Assembly: GCA_963823665.1 (NCBI GenBank)
Contig: CAWGMQ010000004.1
Span: 1,536,001-1,600,000 of the forward strand
Origin: an uncultured Planctomycetota bacterium
GTDB lineage: Bacteria > Planctomycetota > Planctomycetia > Isosphaerales > Isosphaeraceae
DNA: 64,000 bases
Reading direction: 5' to 3'
Shown here: positions 40,980 to 50,544 of the stretch, piece after piece
Layout: every line of letters starts with the position of its first letter
How positions within the stretch are numbered: position 1 is the first letter of the stretch
The notes under the pieces: model-generated
Database searches by the model: none
The model's input: only the letters and a program-made list of their open reading frames with translations
What the model was told of the DNA's origin: nothing
Made by a program: the position numbers and the translations under genes

Positions 40980-41330
40980 CTAGCGAGAGAGCGAGCCGCT
41001 TACTTGCAGAAACGCGACACGCGCGGCCGCCTTGCCCTGAAACCAGCGCCGTGAGCAACTTGGTGCGCGCGCACGAGCGAAGTCGCTCGACCTGCCGCTT
41101 GTTTGAATATGCGACCGAAGTCGCGCACCGTGTCCACTCAATTCGATCGATCCACACCCAGCCGGTCCAGGATGGGAGCCAGGTCGTCTGGGATCGCCCC
41201 ACGCTTCTGCCGCCTCAGTTCCCGGCCCGCCCAATCGACACTGCACGCCAGGAGTGCGGTCTCATCGAGCAAAGGCTGAGATTTGAACCGACCGGCCCAA
41301 AATCTGCCGGCAGCCTTGTCCTCCTCTCGA
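40980..41330 (-). pseudogene. Degenerate Y1/HUH (RAYT- or IS200-like) transposase remnant
   Basis: REEDKAAGRFWAGRFKSQPLLDETALLAC joined to VDWAGRELRRQKRGAIP..L.PILDRLG; in-frame TGA followed by VDTVRDFGRIFKQAAGR; frameshift to RRWFQG. Confidence 0.75.
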
Positions 41331-41878
41331 TCAAATGAATTATGGCCCGTCTCCCAAGTGAGTGGGTAAGAGATCGCGTCTGGGGACCCCGAATACCCTA
41401 GACTTGAAGGGTTTTCCGGCCTGCACGCGGCGAGAGAATATGGATGGATTTTGGGAGGCATGACTTCGGTGTCCGGCGGCATCAAGGAAGGACCCTCGAT
41501 CGCTTTCATGACCTTGGGCCTAACGGCGCCCTCGCCGCATAGGCAACGTGTTTATCGCTTGCCCGGTTGCGTCCCCGCGGAGCCCGACTCCGTTTCATCA
41601 AGGGGGATGTCGGACACCCACCTATTACGGAGCGTCGGACGCTCGCCTTGTGCGTGTTCGGAATGAACAGAGGCCGTGGTTTTGAGCCGAACGTGCGAGC
41701 CGCGAATTAATGGATGCTGGGGACCGTGACTAAAGGATTGGGTTCTGGAATCCCATGACAAAGACTGGGTGTCTGGAATCCCACCGGTACCCTCGACTTT
41801 GCAACCTGAGGCTGGATATCCTGGTAGTTGATCAGGTTGAGCTCAACTTCAGATTGAGCACCAAGTGAGAAACGGCTC

Positions 41879-42405
41879 TGGCGGTGGATGACGAATCGCG
41901 CAGACAACCCCTGGTACCCGACGATGCGAATCTTCCGCCAGGCCGATCACATGGCGCGGGGGCGGGCGCTGAGCGAATGGCGGCAGAGCAGCGCAGGCTT
42001 GTGCCCAACCCCGTGTACACGCCCTCGGTGACGGTCTCGATTGCGCCGGGCGAGCTGCTCGACAAGCTGACGATCCTGGAAATCAAGACGGAGCGGATCA
42101 GCGATCCAGAGAAGCTGCGTCACGTGCGCACGGAATTGGCGGAGCTAACCGAGGCGCGCGAGCGGTCGATTTTCGAGCGCGAGGAGCTGGGGACGCTGAC
42201 GGCGGAGCTGCGCGCCGTCAACGAGGCTCTCTGGGATATCGAGGATCAGATCCGAGTTTGTGAGCGCGACGGAGATTTCGGGCCGAGATTCGTCGACCTG
42301 GCGCGGTCGGTGTACAAGAACAACGATCAACGCGCGGCTATCAAACGGAAGATCAATGAGCTGCTCGGTTCGCGGATCGTCGAGGAGAAGTCGTACGCGG
42401 GCTAG
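41879..42405 (+). pseudogene. 3' remnant of a glycosyltransferase-DUF6165 fusion; the DUF6165 part (41977-42405) is still open
   Basis: WRWMTNRADNPWYPTMRIFRQ (C-terminal motif of TPR/GT9-like proteins), a frameshift, then SIAPGELLDKLTILEIK...VYKNNDQRAAIK..IN...GS.IVEEKSY. Confidence 0.75.
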
Positions 42406-42450
42406 CCGGCCTCATCGGTCGCGCAATGAGTGCATGAGTTTCAACCCAAA

Positions 42451-42765
42451 CCTCCGCGCAGGATCGCACACAATTTCATCGCATCGAGATTCCCACCCGA
42501 TACGACGCAGACGATCTTTCCCGCACCCCCCTGTCCCGACAGCGCACACGCCACAGGGCAGGCGCCGGCGCCCTCGGCGATAACGCGGTTGCGTTCGACT
42601 TGCCGCCCCACGAATCTTGAACGAGCCGATCGGCTGGAGGCTCTCCAGCTTCAAATAAATCTCCGCCGCAATGTCGAAACCGTTCAAGCGGACCAAAGGC
42701 GTGTGCATCGCCGTCCCGGCGATCCGCCGGGGTGCGTCTTCGATGGCCGCGAGAGTGACCGGCAT
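42451..42765 (-). pseudogene. Internally deleted PLP-dependent threonine/serine dehydratase-family gene
   Basis: N-terminus (TPLVRL...YLKLESLQPIGSFKIRGA) fused out of frame to the C-terminus (ERNRVIAEGAGACPVA...KIVCVVSGGNLD...*). Confidence 0.85.
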
Positions 42766-43029
42766 TTGCTCGTCCCAGCTTTCGAATCGAAACCTGCAAC
42801 GGCTGAGGCGGTTTTGGCCGGGCGCATCACTCGGCGACTGTGAGAATAACGCTGCCTCCATCGGGCATGTCGTCGATTTGCCGCGCCATGTCACCTGAGA
42901 ACGCGAGCAACTCGCGTAAGGTGATCTTCCTTATGTTCTCTTCGGGTAACCGTCCGGTGAAGTGCATCTTTATCCGGGCGGGGGTTGGTGTCAGGATAAG
43001 CCGGTGCCCTCACGCACCGGAGTCCACGC

Positions 43030-43425
43030 ATGTCCCGCGCTATTCCCAAATGCGATTGGTCAGCCATACTGGCTGACTTCCACCGCTCTGGTTTGACCCA
43101 AACTGAGTTTTGTCGCCGCCGTCATATCTCCGTCAGCTCCTTCCGCAGTTGGCTATACGGTCTCCGTGGCGGATTTCCTACCGCCGGCCCCTCGGAAAGC
43201 CGTCGCCCGGCGCCGGTCTCTGCCCCGGCGAGCTCCGCGCTCCCCGCCTTCCTTCCTGTGCTTGTCCGTCCCCAATCGAGGGTTTCTACGGCCGACCCCC
43301 ACGTCTCCCATCCACCCGCCTCGCTCGAGCTCGTCGTGAGTGAACGACACTTCGTCCGCATTCCACCCGGCTTTGATCCGGCGACCCTTCATCAACTCCT
43401 CGACGTCCTGGAAGATCGGCCGTGA
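43030..43425 (+). CDS. tnpA: IS66 accessory protein TnpA
   Basis: W......SGLTQTEFCRR..IS..SF..W, FLPV and VRIPPGFDPATL motifs; stop overlaps the tnpB start. Confidence 0.88.
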   Translation: MSRAIPKCDWSAILADFHRSGLTQTEFCRRRHISVSSFRSWLYGLRGGFPTAGPSESRRPAPVSAPASSALPAFLPVLVRPQSRVSTADPHVSHPPASLELVVSERHFVRIPPGFDPATLHQLLDVLEDRP

Positions 43426-43802
43426 TCAACTTCCCACCCACAGTCCGCATTTTCTTGGCCGTTGGGCCAGCGGATCTCCGGAAGGGATTCGACGGCCTCG
43501 CTGCCCTCACCTCTTCGACCATCGGCTTGGATCCCCTCTGCGGCCATCTCTTCGTCTTTCGCAATCGGCGGGGCGATCGCCTCAAGATCCTCTACTGGGA
43601 CCGCGATGGCTACGCGCTCTGGTACAAGCGGCTCGAGCGAGGCGTCTTCCGCTTCCCTCAACCCACGGCGAACCGCATCGAAGTCTCGCCGGCCGAGATG
43701 GCTGCCATCCTCGCCGGCATCGATTTACGCACCGCGGGCCGCCAGCGACGCTACACTTTGCCGGCGCCCATCCCCATCTCGCAGGCAGATGCACTCGTAT
43801 AA
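43422..43802 (+). CDS. tnpB: IS66 accessory protein TnpB
   Basis: DLRKGFDGL, LFVFRNRRGDRLKILYWDRDG, KRLERGVF. Confidence 0.95.
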   Translation: MINFPPTVRIFLAVGPADLRKGFDGLAALTSSTIGLDPLCGHLFVFRNRRGDRLKILYWDRDGYALWYKRLERGVFRFPQPTANRIEVSPAEMAAILAGIDLRTAGRQRRYTLPAPIPISQADALV

Positions 43803-43852
43803 TCTTCTGAGAATCTCTCGTCACATTGACGGCGGTCGACCGTAATAACGGT

Positions 43853-45415
43853 ATGACGACGGCGGCCGATTCACTCCCCACCGATCTGGAAACCGCCCAT
43901 CAGCTCATCCGCGAGCTCTTGGAGACGCTGCGCCAGCAGACCGTCCTGAACGAGCACCTCCAGCATCAGCTCGAAAAGCTCCTGCGGCGGATCTACGGCC
44001 CCAGGACCGAAAAGCTCGACCCCAACCAACTCCTCCTTTTCGCCCGCGAGATCTTGGAAGCAACCGGAGTCGACCCCGCTGCGGCCCCACCGGCTGCCGA
44101 CGCGAAGACAACCGAGTCGGTTGACCAAGCGGAACCAACCAAGAAGAACGGGCACGGTCGTAAGCCGCTGCCCAGGAGCCTCGAGCGCCGGCGCAAGGTC
44201 CACGACGTTCTCCCCGAACTACTCCCGTGCCCCGACTGCGGCGTCATCCGCACCGGCATTGGCGAGGAGGTTCGCGAGCAGCTTGAATTTGTTCAGGCCA
44301 GCTTGATTGTGGTCGAGCATGTGCGGCCCAAGTACGCGTGCAAGGCATGCCAGGCCAACGTGATCATTGCCGAACGACTTCCTGAGCCGATCGAGAAAGG
44401 TTTGCCTGGCCCAGGGCTCATGGCCCAGGTGATCGTCAGCAAGTACGCCGACCATTTGCCGCTTTATCGGCAGGAAGGAATCTTCCGCCGTCACGGCGTG
44501 GAGCTGTCTCGTCAGACGATGTGCGATTGGATGGCGGTCTCTGCCGAATTGTTGGAACCGATCGTCGCGGAGATGCACTGCGAGATCCTCAAATCGCGGG
44601 TCATTCAGACTGACGACACGCCAGTACCCGTTCTGGACCGGAGTTTGGGGAAGACGCGGACAGGCCGGCTCTGGGACTACCTGGGGGATCGCGATCATCC
44701 CCACGTGGTGTACGACTACACGCCGGATCGCAGCGGCGAGGGACCGCAGCGGATGCTCGATGGTTATGAAGGCTACCTTCAAGCCGACGCGTATTCGGCC
44801 TACGACGCGATCTACGCCGGGAAGAAGATCATCGAAGTGGGGTGCTGGGCGCATGCGCGGCGGAAGTTCCACGAGTCCAAGTCGAGCGACGCGGTAAGGG
44901 CGCACGTGGCGATGGCCATGATTCAGCAGTTGTACAAGGTGGAGAAGGACACCAAGGATCAGGACGACGCGGTGCGCGGGGCATTGCGCCAGGAGCGTTC
45001 GAAGCCGATCTTGAATGAGATCCACGCTTGGTTGTTACAGGAAAAGAGTCGCGTATTGCCCAAGAGTCCGATCGGCGAAGCGATCGGGTATGCCTTGAAT
45101 CACTGGCAGGCGCTCGAGAGATTCACCGAGGCGGGTTGGCTGTCGATCGACAATAACGCCAGCGAGCGCGGGATGAAGCCGGTGGCACTCGGTCGAAAGA
45201 ATTGGTTATTCGCCGGGAGTGACGCCGGCGGCAAGACGGCGGCGACGCTGATGAGCTTGTGCATGACGTGCAAGAACGTGGGGGTGGATGCGTTTGCCTA
45301 TCTGCGTGACGTGCTGGAGCGGATCAGCACGCACCCCGCGCGGCGAATCAGAGAGTTGCTGCCGGATCAGTGGAAGAAAGAACGGGTGGCAGCGGAGACG
45401 AAGCCGGTGGAGTGA
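43853..45415 (+). CDS. tnpC: IS66 DDE transposase TnpC
   Basis: Zinc finger (CPDC...CKAC), KYADHLPLYRQ, DDTPV, LQADAY, CWAHARRKF, IDNNASER, RKNWLFAGS. Confidence 0.95.
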   Translation: MTTAADSLPTDLETAHQLIRELLETLRQQTVLNEHLQHQLEKLLRRIYGPRTEKLDPNQLLLFAREILEATGVDPAAAPPAADAKTTESVDQAEPTKKNGHGRKPLPRSLERRRKVHDVLPELLPCPDCGVIRTGIGEEVREQLEFVQASLIVVEHVRPKYACKACQANVIIAERLPEPIEKGLPGPGLMAQVIVSKYADHLPLYRQEGIFRRHGVELSRQTMCDWMAVSAELLEPIVAEMHCEILKSRVIQTDDTPVPVLDRSLGKTRTGRLWDYLGDRDHPHVVYDYTPDRSGEGPQRMLDGYEGYLQADAYSAYDAIYAGKKIIEVGCWAHARRKFHESKSSDAVRAHVAMAMIQQLYKVEKDTKDQDDAVRGALRQERSKPILNEIHAWLLQEKSRVLPKSPIGEAIGYALNHWQALERFTEAGWLSIDNNASERGMKPVALGRKNWLFAGSDAGGKTAATLMSLCMTCKNVGVDAFAYLRDVLERISTHPARRIRELLPDQWKKERVAAETKPVE

Positions 45416-46068
45416 CCGCGCTGGTCACGAGCAGAGAGCTTGCGCGCGTGCTGGTGCGGCCGGCGGTCGAGCGGGCCTGGATGCCCTCGGTGATCGGCCC
45501 CGAGCTCCCAGGCGCGCGAAGCAAGTCGCGCGCCGGCCGCGCGCATTTAGCCGCGTGTACTCCACCGGACGGTTACGGCACTTTTCAATCCGTGTTGAAC
45601 GGGCAATTCCGTATGAAATTTTTCCGCTCTTAATCATTTGTGCTGACTGATGTTGCGCTTATACACTGTCGCAAAAATGTGCGGTCTAAAGGTGTGTTGG
45701 GCCCAAATCCGCGCATATTACTATCAGGCGATCAGTTGCGAGTGGGCCGTTGTCAGTCGTCGGGGGCAGGGAGCGCCGCCGCTTTGGGCGGCCCGCTGGC
45801 TTGGCCCCCGCCCGGCGGTGCGGCGTGATGCCGGCCCGGCCCGCGTCGCGAAGCTGACCTTAGCCTGCGCAACCAACCATGCTGGTTGGTCCGTGGCTCG
45901 AATCGCGTTTCTTTTTCATCTCTTCCATTCATCACATCGGGATGTGCTTTTCCACTCGTCAACGTCTGATGAACGTCATTCGATCGCTTGACGTCAGGAC
46001 CCGATCGCGGGGTCGCGGGACTTCGGGGCCAGGCTTCCAAGCTCATTTGAACAGGAATTCACACTGAT

Positions 46069-48195
46069 ATGGCCTCTGATGCACAAATCGCAGCGAATCG
46101 GCGGAATGCTTTGCGCTCCACAGGTCCCTCGTCTCCACAAGGGAGAGCGCGGTCGGCTATGAACGCTCGGAAGCGAACGATTCGCTCGGAGCAGGAGAAG
46201 CTCGGGCGGGATGAGAGTATTGCTTATGAGTCGCGATACATACGCTGGGCGGGGACTTATGCGCCGGAGACTGACCCCGAGGAGTTTCTGCTGCATGCGA
46301 ACTTGTTCGTGGCAGGGGAGATGGACCGTGCGGAGCGCGCGTACTTCGAACAAGCTCAGAGCGCGATCGATCAGGCCGTGGACGTCGAGATCGAAGAAGT
46401 GTACGACTTGGGCAACCGGCTGTTCTCCGATCCGCGAGGGGTGCCAGCTCCATTGTATGGTACCCATCGCTTTAAAGTCAAAGACCCGGGGGGACCGTCG
46501 TGGGGGACCGAAACTGCGCCTCCGCTCGACGCCGGGAAGGTCGTGGGGAAACTGGAATCGAGCGCGATCGGTTGTTTCTGGATGCTCGGAAGGCTGGAAG
46601 AACTGCTGGAGAATGCGCAGAAGCATTTCTGGGCCGCGGAAGATCGGCTGCGGATGGTCCGATTGCTGGCGCGAAATCCTGTCGACGGGATCGCAGACCG
46701 GCGCGTCGCCGAGGTTTTCGCGGCGAGCTACGCGATTCGGCCGGTGGGCAAACCGTTCGATGATCTGCTCAGCGATATGAGCGAGCCGGTGCTCGAGGCC
46801 CATGTACAGGCCGTGAAGGCGAAGTGGCGCGACCTATCACGCAAAGATGAACCAGAGAAGGCCAGGCAGAGCCTGATCGACATGGTGGAGGGTGAGATCG
46901 AGCGGATCCGGGCGCTTGCGGCGGAGCACGAACAGAATGCCGGGGAGGATGCTGTACGGATACGGGCGCTCAAGGCGTACCAGGATAGCCCGAAGGCTGT
47001 GGCGATGCGCCGAGAGTATGTGAAATACAAGGGCTCGCTGGAGCGAGGACTCGTCGCGGTTCGGAGGGAGAAACGGGCGCGGAAGGCGGATAGCGATGCG
47101 GAGGCATTGCCGCCGGTGCCGGGGAAAGATATTAGCCCTTATGATGGGCGGCCGGCGTCTTGGTGGAGGGAGAGCGCGGGGGGCGGGAAGGCAGGACGGA
47201 GGGCGGCGGGCGGAGAACGGAGGACGGACGGCGAAGGGGCGGGAGACCTGCGGTCGGGCGGAGGGCGGGGTCTGGAGACCCGCGCCGAACAGGGTGAGAC
47301 CCGCGCCCAACAGGCGGAGGGTGGGGCGGATTTGGGTGAGTGTGGGAGCGGGGGAGCGATCGCGGCTGGTTGTTCGGGCGCGGCAGTTGAAAGCGGACTT
47401 GAGACTCCGGCGGACGGCACACGGAGTGTGCCTGCTACACCAATCGGTAAGGGCCGGGGGTGGGATTCGGTGGTGGTGGAGGAATCGGATGTTGTTGCTT
47501 GTGGGGGGTATTTGCCGGAGAGGTACATCGCGATTGCGGGCGGCGGCGACAGTGAGGCCGAGACTGCGGCTGGGCTCGAGAACGAGGTGCCGAAGCTTGA
47601 AACGACGAGCTCAGTTCCTGAGGAAGGCGGGACAAACGCGGAGCGTGTGGGTGAAGTCACGCAGGAGGTGCGGGCGGAAGGTGGTGATCTTGGGTGCGAT
47701 GAAAGGGCGTGCGACGGCGCTCTAGATTGGTCAACTCGGGTCGACGGCGAGCGCCCCGCCACCGGCGCCCAACAGGGCGGCACCGCCGGCAAAACGGCGG
47801 AGAAGTGCGAAAACGAAGCCAATTTGTGTGATGACGTGTGCGTAGTGCAACATCAAGAGATTGTTGAAGTTCCGGCGAATTCCGGCGGTGTTTCGGAAGT
47901 TGACGGCTGTCAAACGAAGCCAATTTTTTTGGAAACGAAGCCAATTCCGGCGGTTGGGCCGGAGGCGGGTGGAGCTGGGGGTTCGACCAAGGCGGAAGCA
48001 CGACACCTGACGGAACGTGAGCGGTGGGACGCGTGGAAGGAGATCAGGCGGCGGGAATGGATTCGGTCGCGTGCGGAGAAAGAGGCGCGGGAGCGGGAGC
48101 AGAGGGCGCGGTTGGACGCGGGGGTGCCGGATGCTGGGGCCACTTCGTCGACATCGGGGGAAGCGATGCCGCCGCATGATGTGCGGGGACCGTGA
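46069..48195 (+). CDS. Hypothetical protein of the 'QIAANRRNA..STGP' type with a repeat-laden C-terminal half
   Basis: 708-aa open frame; helical N-terminal half; G/A/E-rich C-terminal half containing DNA repeats. Confidence 0.72.
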   Translation: MASDAQIAANRRNALRSTGPSSPQGRARSAMNARKRTIRSEQEKLGRDESIAYESRYIRWAGTYAPETDPEEFLLHANLFVAGEMDRAERAYFEQAQSAIDQAVDVEIEEVYDLGNRLFSDPRGVPAPLYGTHRFKVKDPGGPSWGTETAPPLDAGKVVGKLESSAIGCFWMLGRLEELLENAQKHFWAAEDRLRMVRLLARNPVDGIADRRVAEVFAASYAIRPVGKPFDDLLSDMSEPVLEAHVQAVKAKWRDLSRKDEPEKARQSLIDMVEGEIERIRALAAEHEQNAGEDAVRIRALKAYQDSPKAVAMRREYVKYKGSLERGLVAVRREKRARKADSDAEALPPVPGKDISPYDGRPASWWRESAGGGKAGRRAAGGERRTDGEGAGDLRSGGGRGLETRAEQGETRAQQAEGGADLGECGSGGAIAAGCSGAAVESGLETPADGTRSVPATPIGKGRGWDSVVVEESDVVACGGYLPERYIAIAGGGDSEAETAAGLENEVPKLETTSSVPEEGGTNAERVGEVTQEVRAEGGDLGCDERACDGALDWSTRVDGERPATGAQQGGTAGKTAEKCENEANLCDDVCVVQHQEIVEVPANSGGVSEVDGCQTKPIFLETKPIPAVGPEAGGAGGSTKAEARHLTERERWDAWKEIRRREWIRSRAEKEAREREQRARLDAGVPDAGATSSTSGEAMPPHDVRGP
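47410..47438 (-). repeat. GTAG-footed REP-like palindrome inside a CDS
   Basis: Minus strand GTAGCAGGCACACTCCGTGTGCCGTCCGC; 7-bp stem GGCACAC/GTGTGCC. Confidence 0.6.
47811..47946 (+). repeat. Three exact copies of AAACGAAGCCAATT
   Basis: At 47811-47824, 47912-47925 and 47933-47946. Confidence 0.9.
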
Positions 48196-48380
48196 GCGGT
48201 CGCGGGGGCTGGTGCGCGTCGATCGGATCACTGGCGGGTCGCGCCGTTTGCTCCCCTGGCAATGAGGTGTTGAAAAGTGGGCGGTGTTGGCGAATCTCGA
48301 GTTGCACTATTCGGCGAATTCTGTTGCGCGACGGATTTGTGATGGCGGCCGCCGGGATGCACACCCTCTTCTAGAGGAGG

Positions 48381-48442
48381 GCTTAAGAGTACGAATACGA
48401 TTAAGATTAAGATTAAGATTAAGAATACGATTACGAGCAGGA
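48381..48442. repeat. Intergenic hexamer tandem repeat GA(T/A/G)TA(A/C), about 9-10 units
   Basis: GCTTAA GAGTAC GAATAC GATTAA x4 GAATAC GATTAC GAGCAG. Confidence 0.9.
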
Positions 48443-48606
48443 GTTGTGCGGTCGAGCGACTCTCTTCAACCCGCTCACCACTCGAACGCCTGATCCCTCG
48501 CCGCACATTCTTACAATCGCGGCCGGCCTGCCTTACAATCATTGCTCGCATCTGGTTGAGGCGCAGCCGCATACGTACTCCCGTCCGGAGCCGAGACCCA
48601 GCGCTC

Positions 48607-50454
48607 ATGACCCAAGCCCTCCTCAAATCCGCGTTTGGCCACGACGATTTTCGACCCGGCCAAAAAGAGCTCATTGATGCGCTCAAGAACGGCCGGGATC
48701 TGCTCGGGGTCATGGCCACCGGCAGCGGAAAATCGCTTTGCTACCAGTTCCCGGCGGTCGAGAGCCAGAAGCGCTGCCTGGTCGTCTCGCCGCTGATCAG
48801 CTTGATGAACGATCAGGTCAAGAAACTCGAGCTGGCAGGCATTCCGGCCGCCGGTTTGCATAGCCACGCAGCGCCTTACGAGCGGCAGCAGGCGCTGGCC
48901 GAATGGACCGCGGGGCGGCTGCGATTTCTGTATGTCGCCCCCGAACGGTTTTCGGACGAAGCGTTCATCGCGCGGCTGGGCGCCGGCCGGCCGGATTACG
49001 TCGTCATTGACGAGGCGCATTGCATTTCCCAGTGGGGGCACGATTTTCGGCCGGAATACCAGACTCTGGGGCGGCTCAAGGAGCTCTTCGACATTCCGAT
49101 CGCCGCGTTCACGGCCACGGCCACGCCGCGCGTGCAGCGAGAGATCGTGGCGAACCTCAAACTTCGGCAACCGCTGGTCTGGGTGCACGGATTCTATCGG
49201 CCCAATCTCGCTTTCGCGGCGGCGATGGAATCGAAGTCGCGGCGGCGGCTGGAACGGATCCTCGAAGAAACCGACGTCGAAGGAGCATCCATTGTTTATT
49301 GTTCCTCGCGGAAGCGAGTGGATGAGCTGGTTCTCGAGCTGCGGGGTGAAGACCGGCCCGCGTTCGGGTATCACGCCGGAATGGAACCTGATCATCGGGC
49401 CGCGACTCACGGCCATTTTCGGGATGACGCGCGGGTTGTGATCGTGGCGACGAATGCTTTCGGCATGGGTGTGGACCGGCCTGACGTGCGCGCGGTGATC
49501 CACGCGCAGTTGCCGGGGACCGTGGAGGCCTATTACCAGGAAGCCGGGCGCGCCGGTCGAGACGGGCTGCCGGCGAAATGCCTGCTCTTGCACAGCCCGG
49601 GAGACGTCGCCATCCATGAATTCCTCAACCGTCAGTCGGTCGAGTCCATAGCGCCGGAGAAGCGAGAAGACTGGGAGAAGTTCCGGCGGGAGCAGCTCGA
49701 CCTGATGCGCCGCTATGCTTACGGCGCCGGCTGCCGCCAGCAGGCGATCATGGACTACTTCGGTGACGCCGAGACCTTGCCGAAGGGCTGCGGCCGGTGC
49801 GACAACTGCCAGACCCCGGAGGCCCCGCCCGTCGATGCGCGGACGCAGGAGACCGCGCGGATCGTGCTCTCAGGTGCAGCACGCCTCCAGGGTCGATTCG
49901 GCGGCAACCATCTCATCGATCTGGTCACCGGCAGCGATTCGGAACAGATCCGCAAGTACAGTCACGACCAACTGCCCACCTTCGGCCGGCTCAGCACCCT
50001 GACCAAGCGCCAGGTCCGGGCGATGATCGATGCGCTGGTGCGGCATGGATATCTGCGGCAAGAGGGCCTGCGCTACCCGGTGCTGGGGATCACCGAATCT
50101 GGCCGTGAGGTCATGCACGACCGAGCAAGAGCCCGGCTTCTCTCCTGGGAGCCTGTCTCCTCGCGAAGGGCGCGCAAGGAGAAGGAAGCGTCCGAGCGGC
50201 CAGCCGGTTCTCGCGCCACTGGCCCGGCGGTCGACGGCAGTCTGCGGCAGGCGCTTCGGGAATGGCGCGCACAGAAATCCAAGGAACTCGGAGTGCCGCC
50301 CTATACGATCTTCTGGGACCGCACGCTGGACGAGCTTTGTCGGATGCGGCCGTCGACGGCAACCGCGCTGCTCTCCATCTGGGGAATCGGCGAAGCAAAA
50401 CAGCGAATGTTCGGCGCCGAGCTCCTCGCGCTCGTCGCCGAAGACCGGCTGTAA
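48607..50454 (+). CDS. recQ: ATP-dependent DNA helicase RecQ
   Basis: TGSGKSLCYQ, DEAHCISQWGHDFRP, YYQEAGRAGRDG, Zn-binding CGRCDNC, RQC and HRDC domains. Confidence 0.95.
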   Translation: MTQALLKSAFGHDDFRPGQKELIDALKNGRDLLGVMATGSGKSLCYQFPAVESQKRCLVVSPLISLMNDQVKKLELAGIPAAGLHSHAAPYERQQALAEWTAGRLRFLYVAPERFSDEAFIARLGAGRPDYVVIDEAHCISQWGHDFRPEYQTLGRLKELFDIPIAAFTATATPRVQREIVANLKLRQPLVWVHGFYRPNLAFAAAMESKSRRRLERILEETDVEGASIVYCSSRKRVDELVLELRGEDRPAFGYHAGMEPDHRAATHGHFRDDARVVIVATNAFGMGVDRPDVRAVIHAQLPGTVEAYYQEAGRAGRDGLPAKCLLLHSPGDVAIHEFLNRQSVESIAPEKREDWEKFRREQLDLMRRYAYGAGCRQQAIMDYFGDAETLPKGCGRCDNCQTPEAPPVDARTQETARIVLSGAARLQGRFGGNHLIDLVTGSDSEQIRKYSHDQLPTFGRLSTLTKRQVRAMIDALVRHGYLRQEGLRYPVLGITESGREVMHDRARARLLSWEPVSSRRARKEKEASERPAGSRATGPAVDGSLRQALREWRAQKSKELGVPPYTIFWDRTLDELCRMRPSTATALLSIWGIGEAKQRMFGAELLALVAEDRL

Positions 50455-50544
50455 TCGCGCGAGCCGAGTCTTTTGCTGACTGATTGAGCGGTACGGCGGC
50501 GAGCGAGTATCGCCCACCGAATGAGTTCCCCGCCAGGCAGCCGC

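Larger units (their letters stand above)
42946..45576 (+). mobile_element. IS66-family insertion sequence (2631 bp)
   Basis: Terminal IRs GTAACCGTCCGGTGAAGTGCA and GTAACCGTCCGGTGGAGTACA (19/21 match); tnpA-tnpB-tnpC order. Confidence 0.95.
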
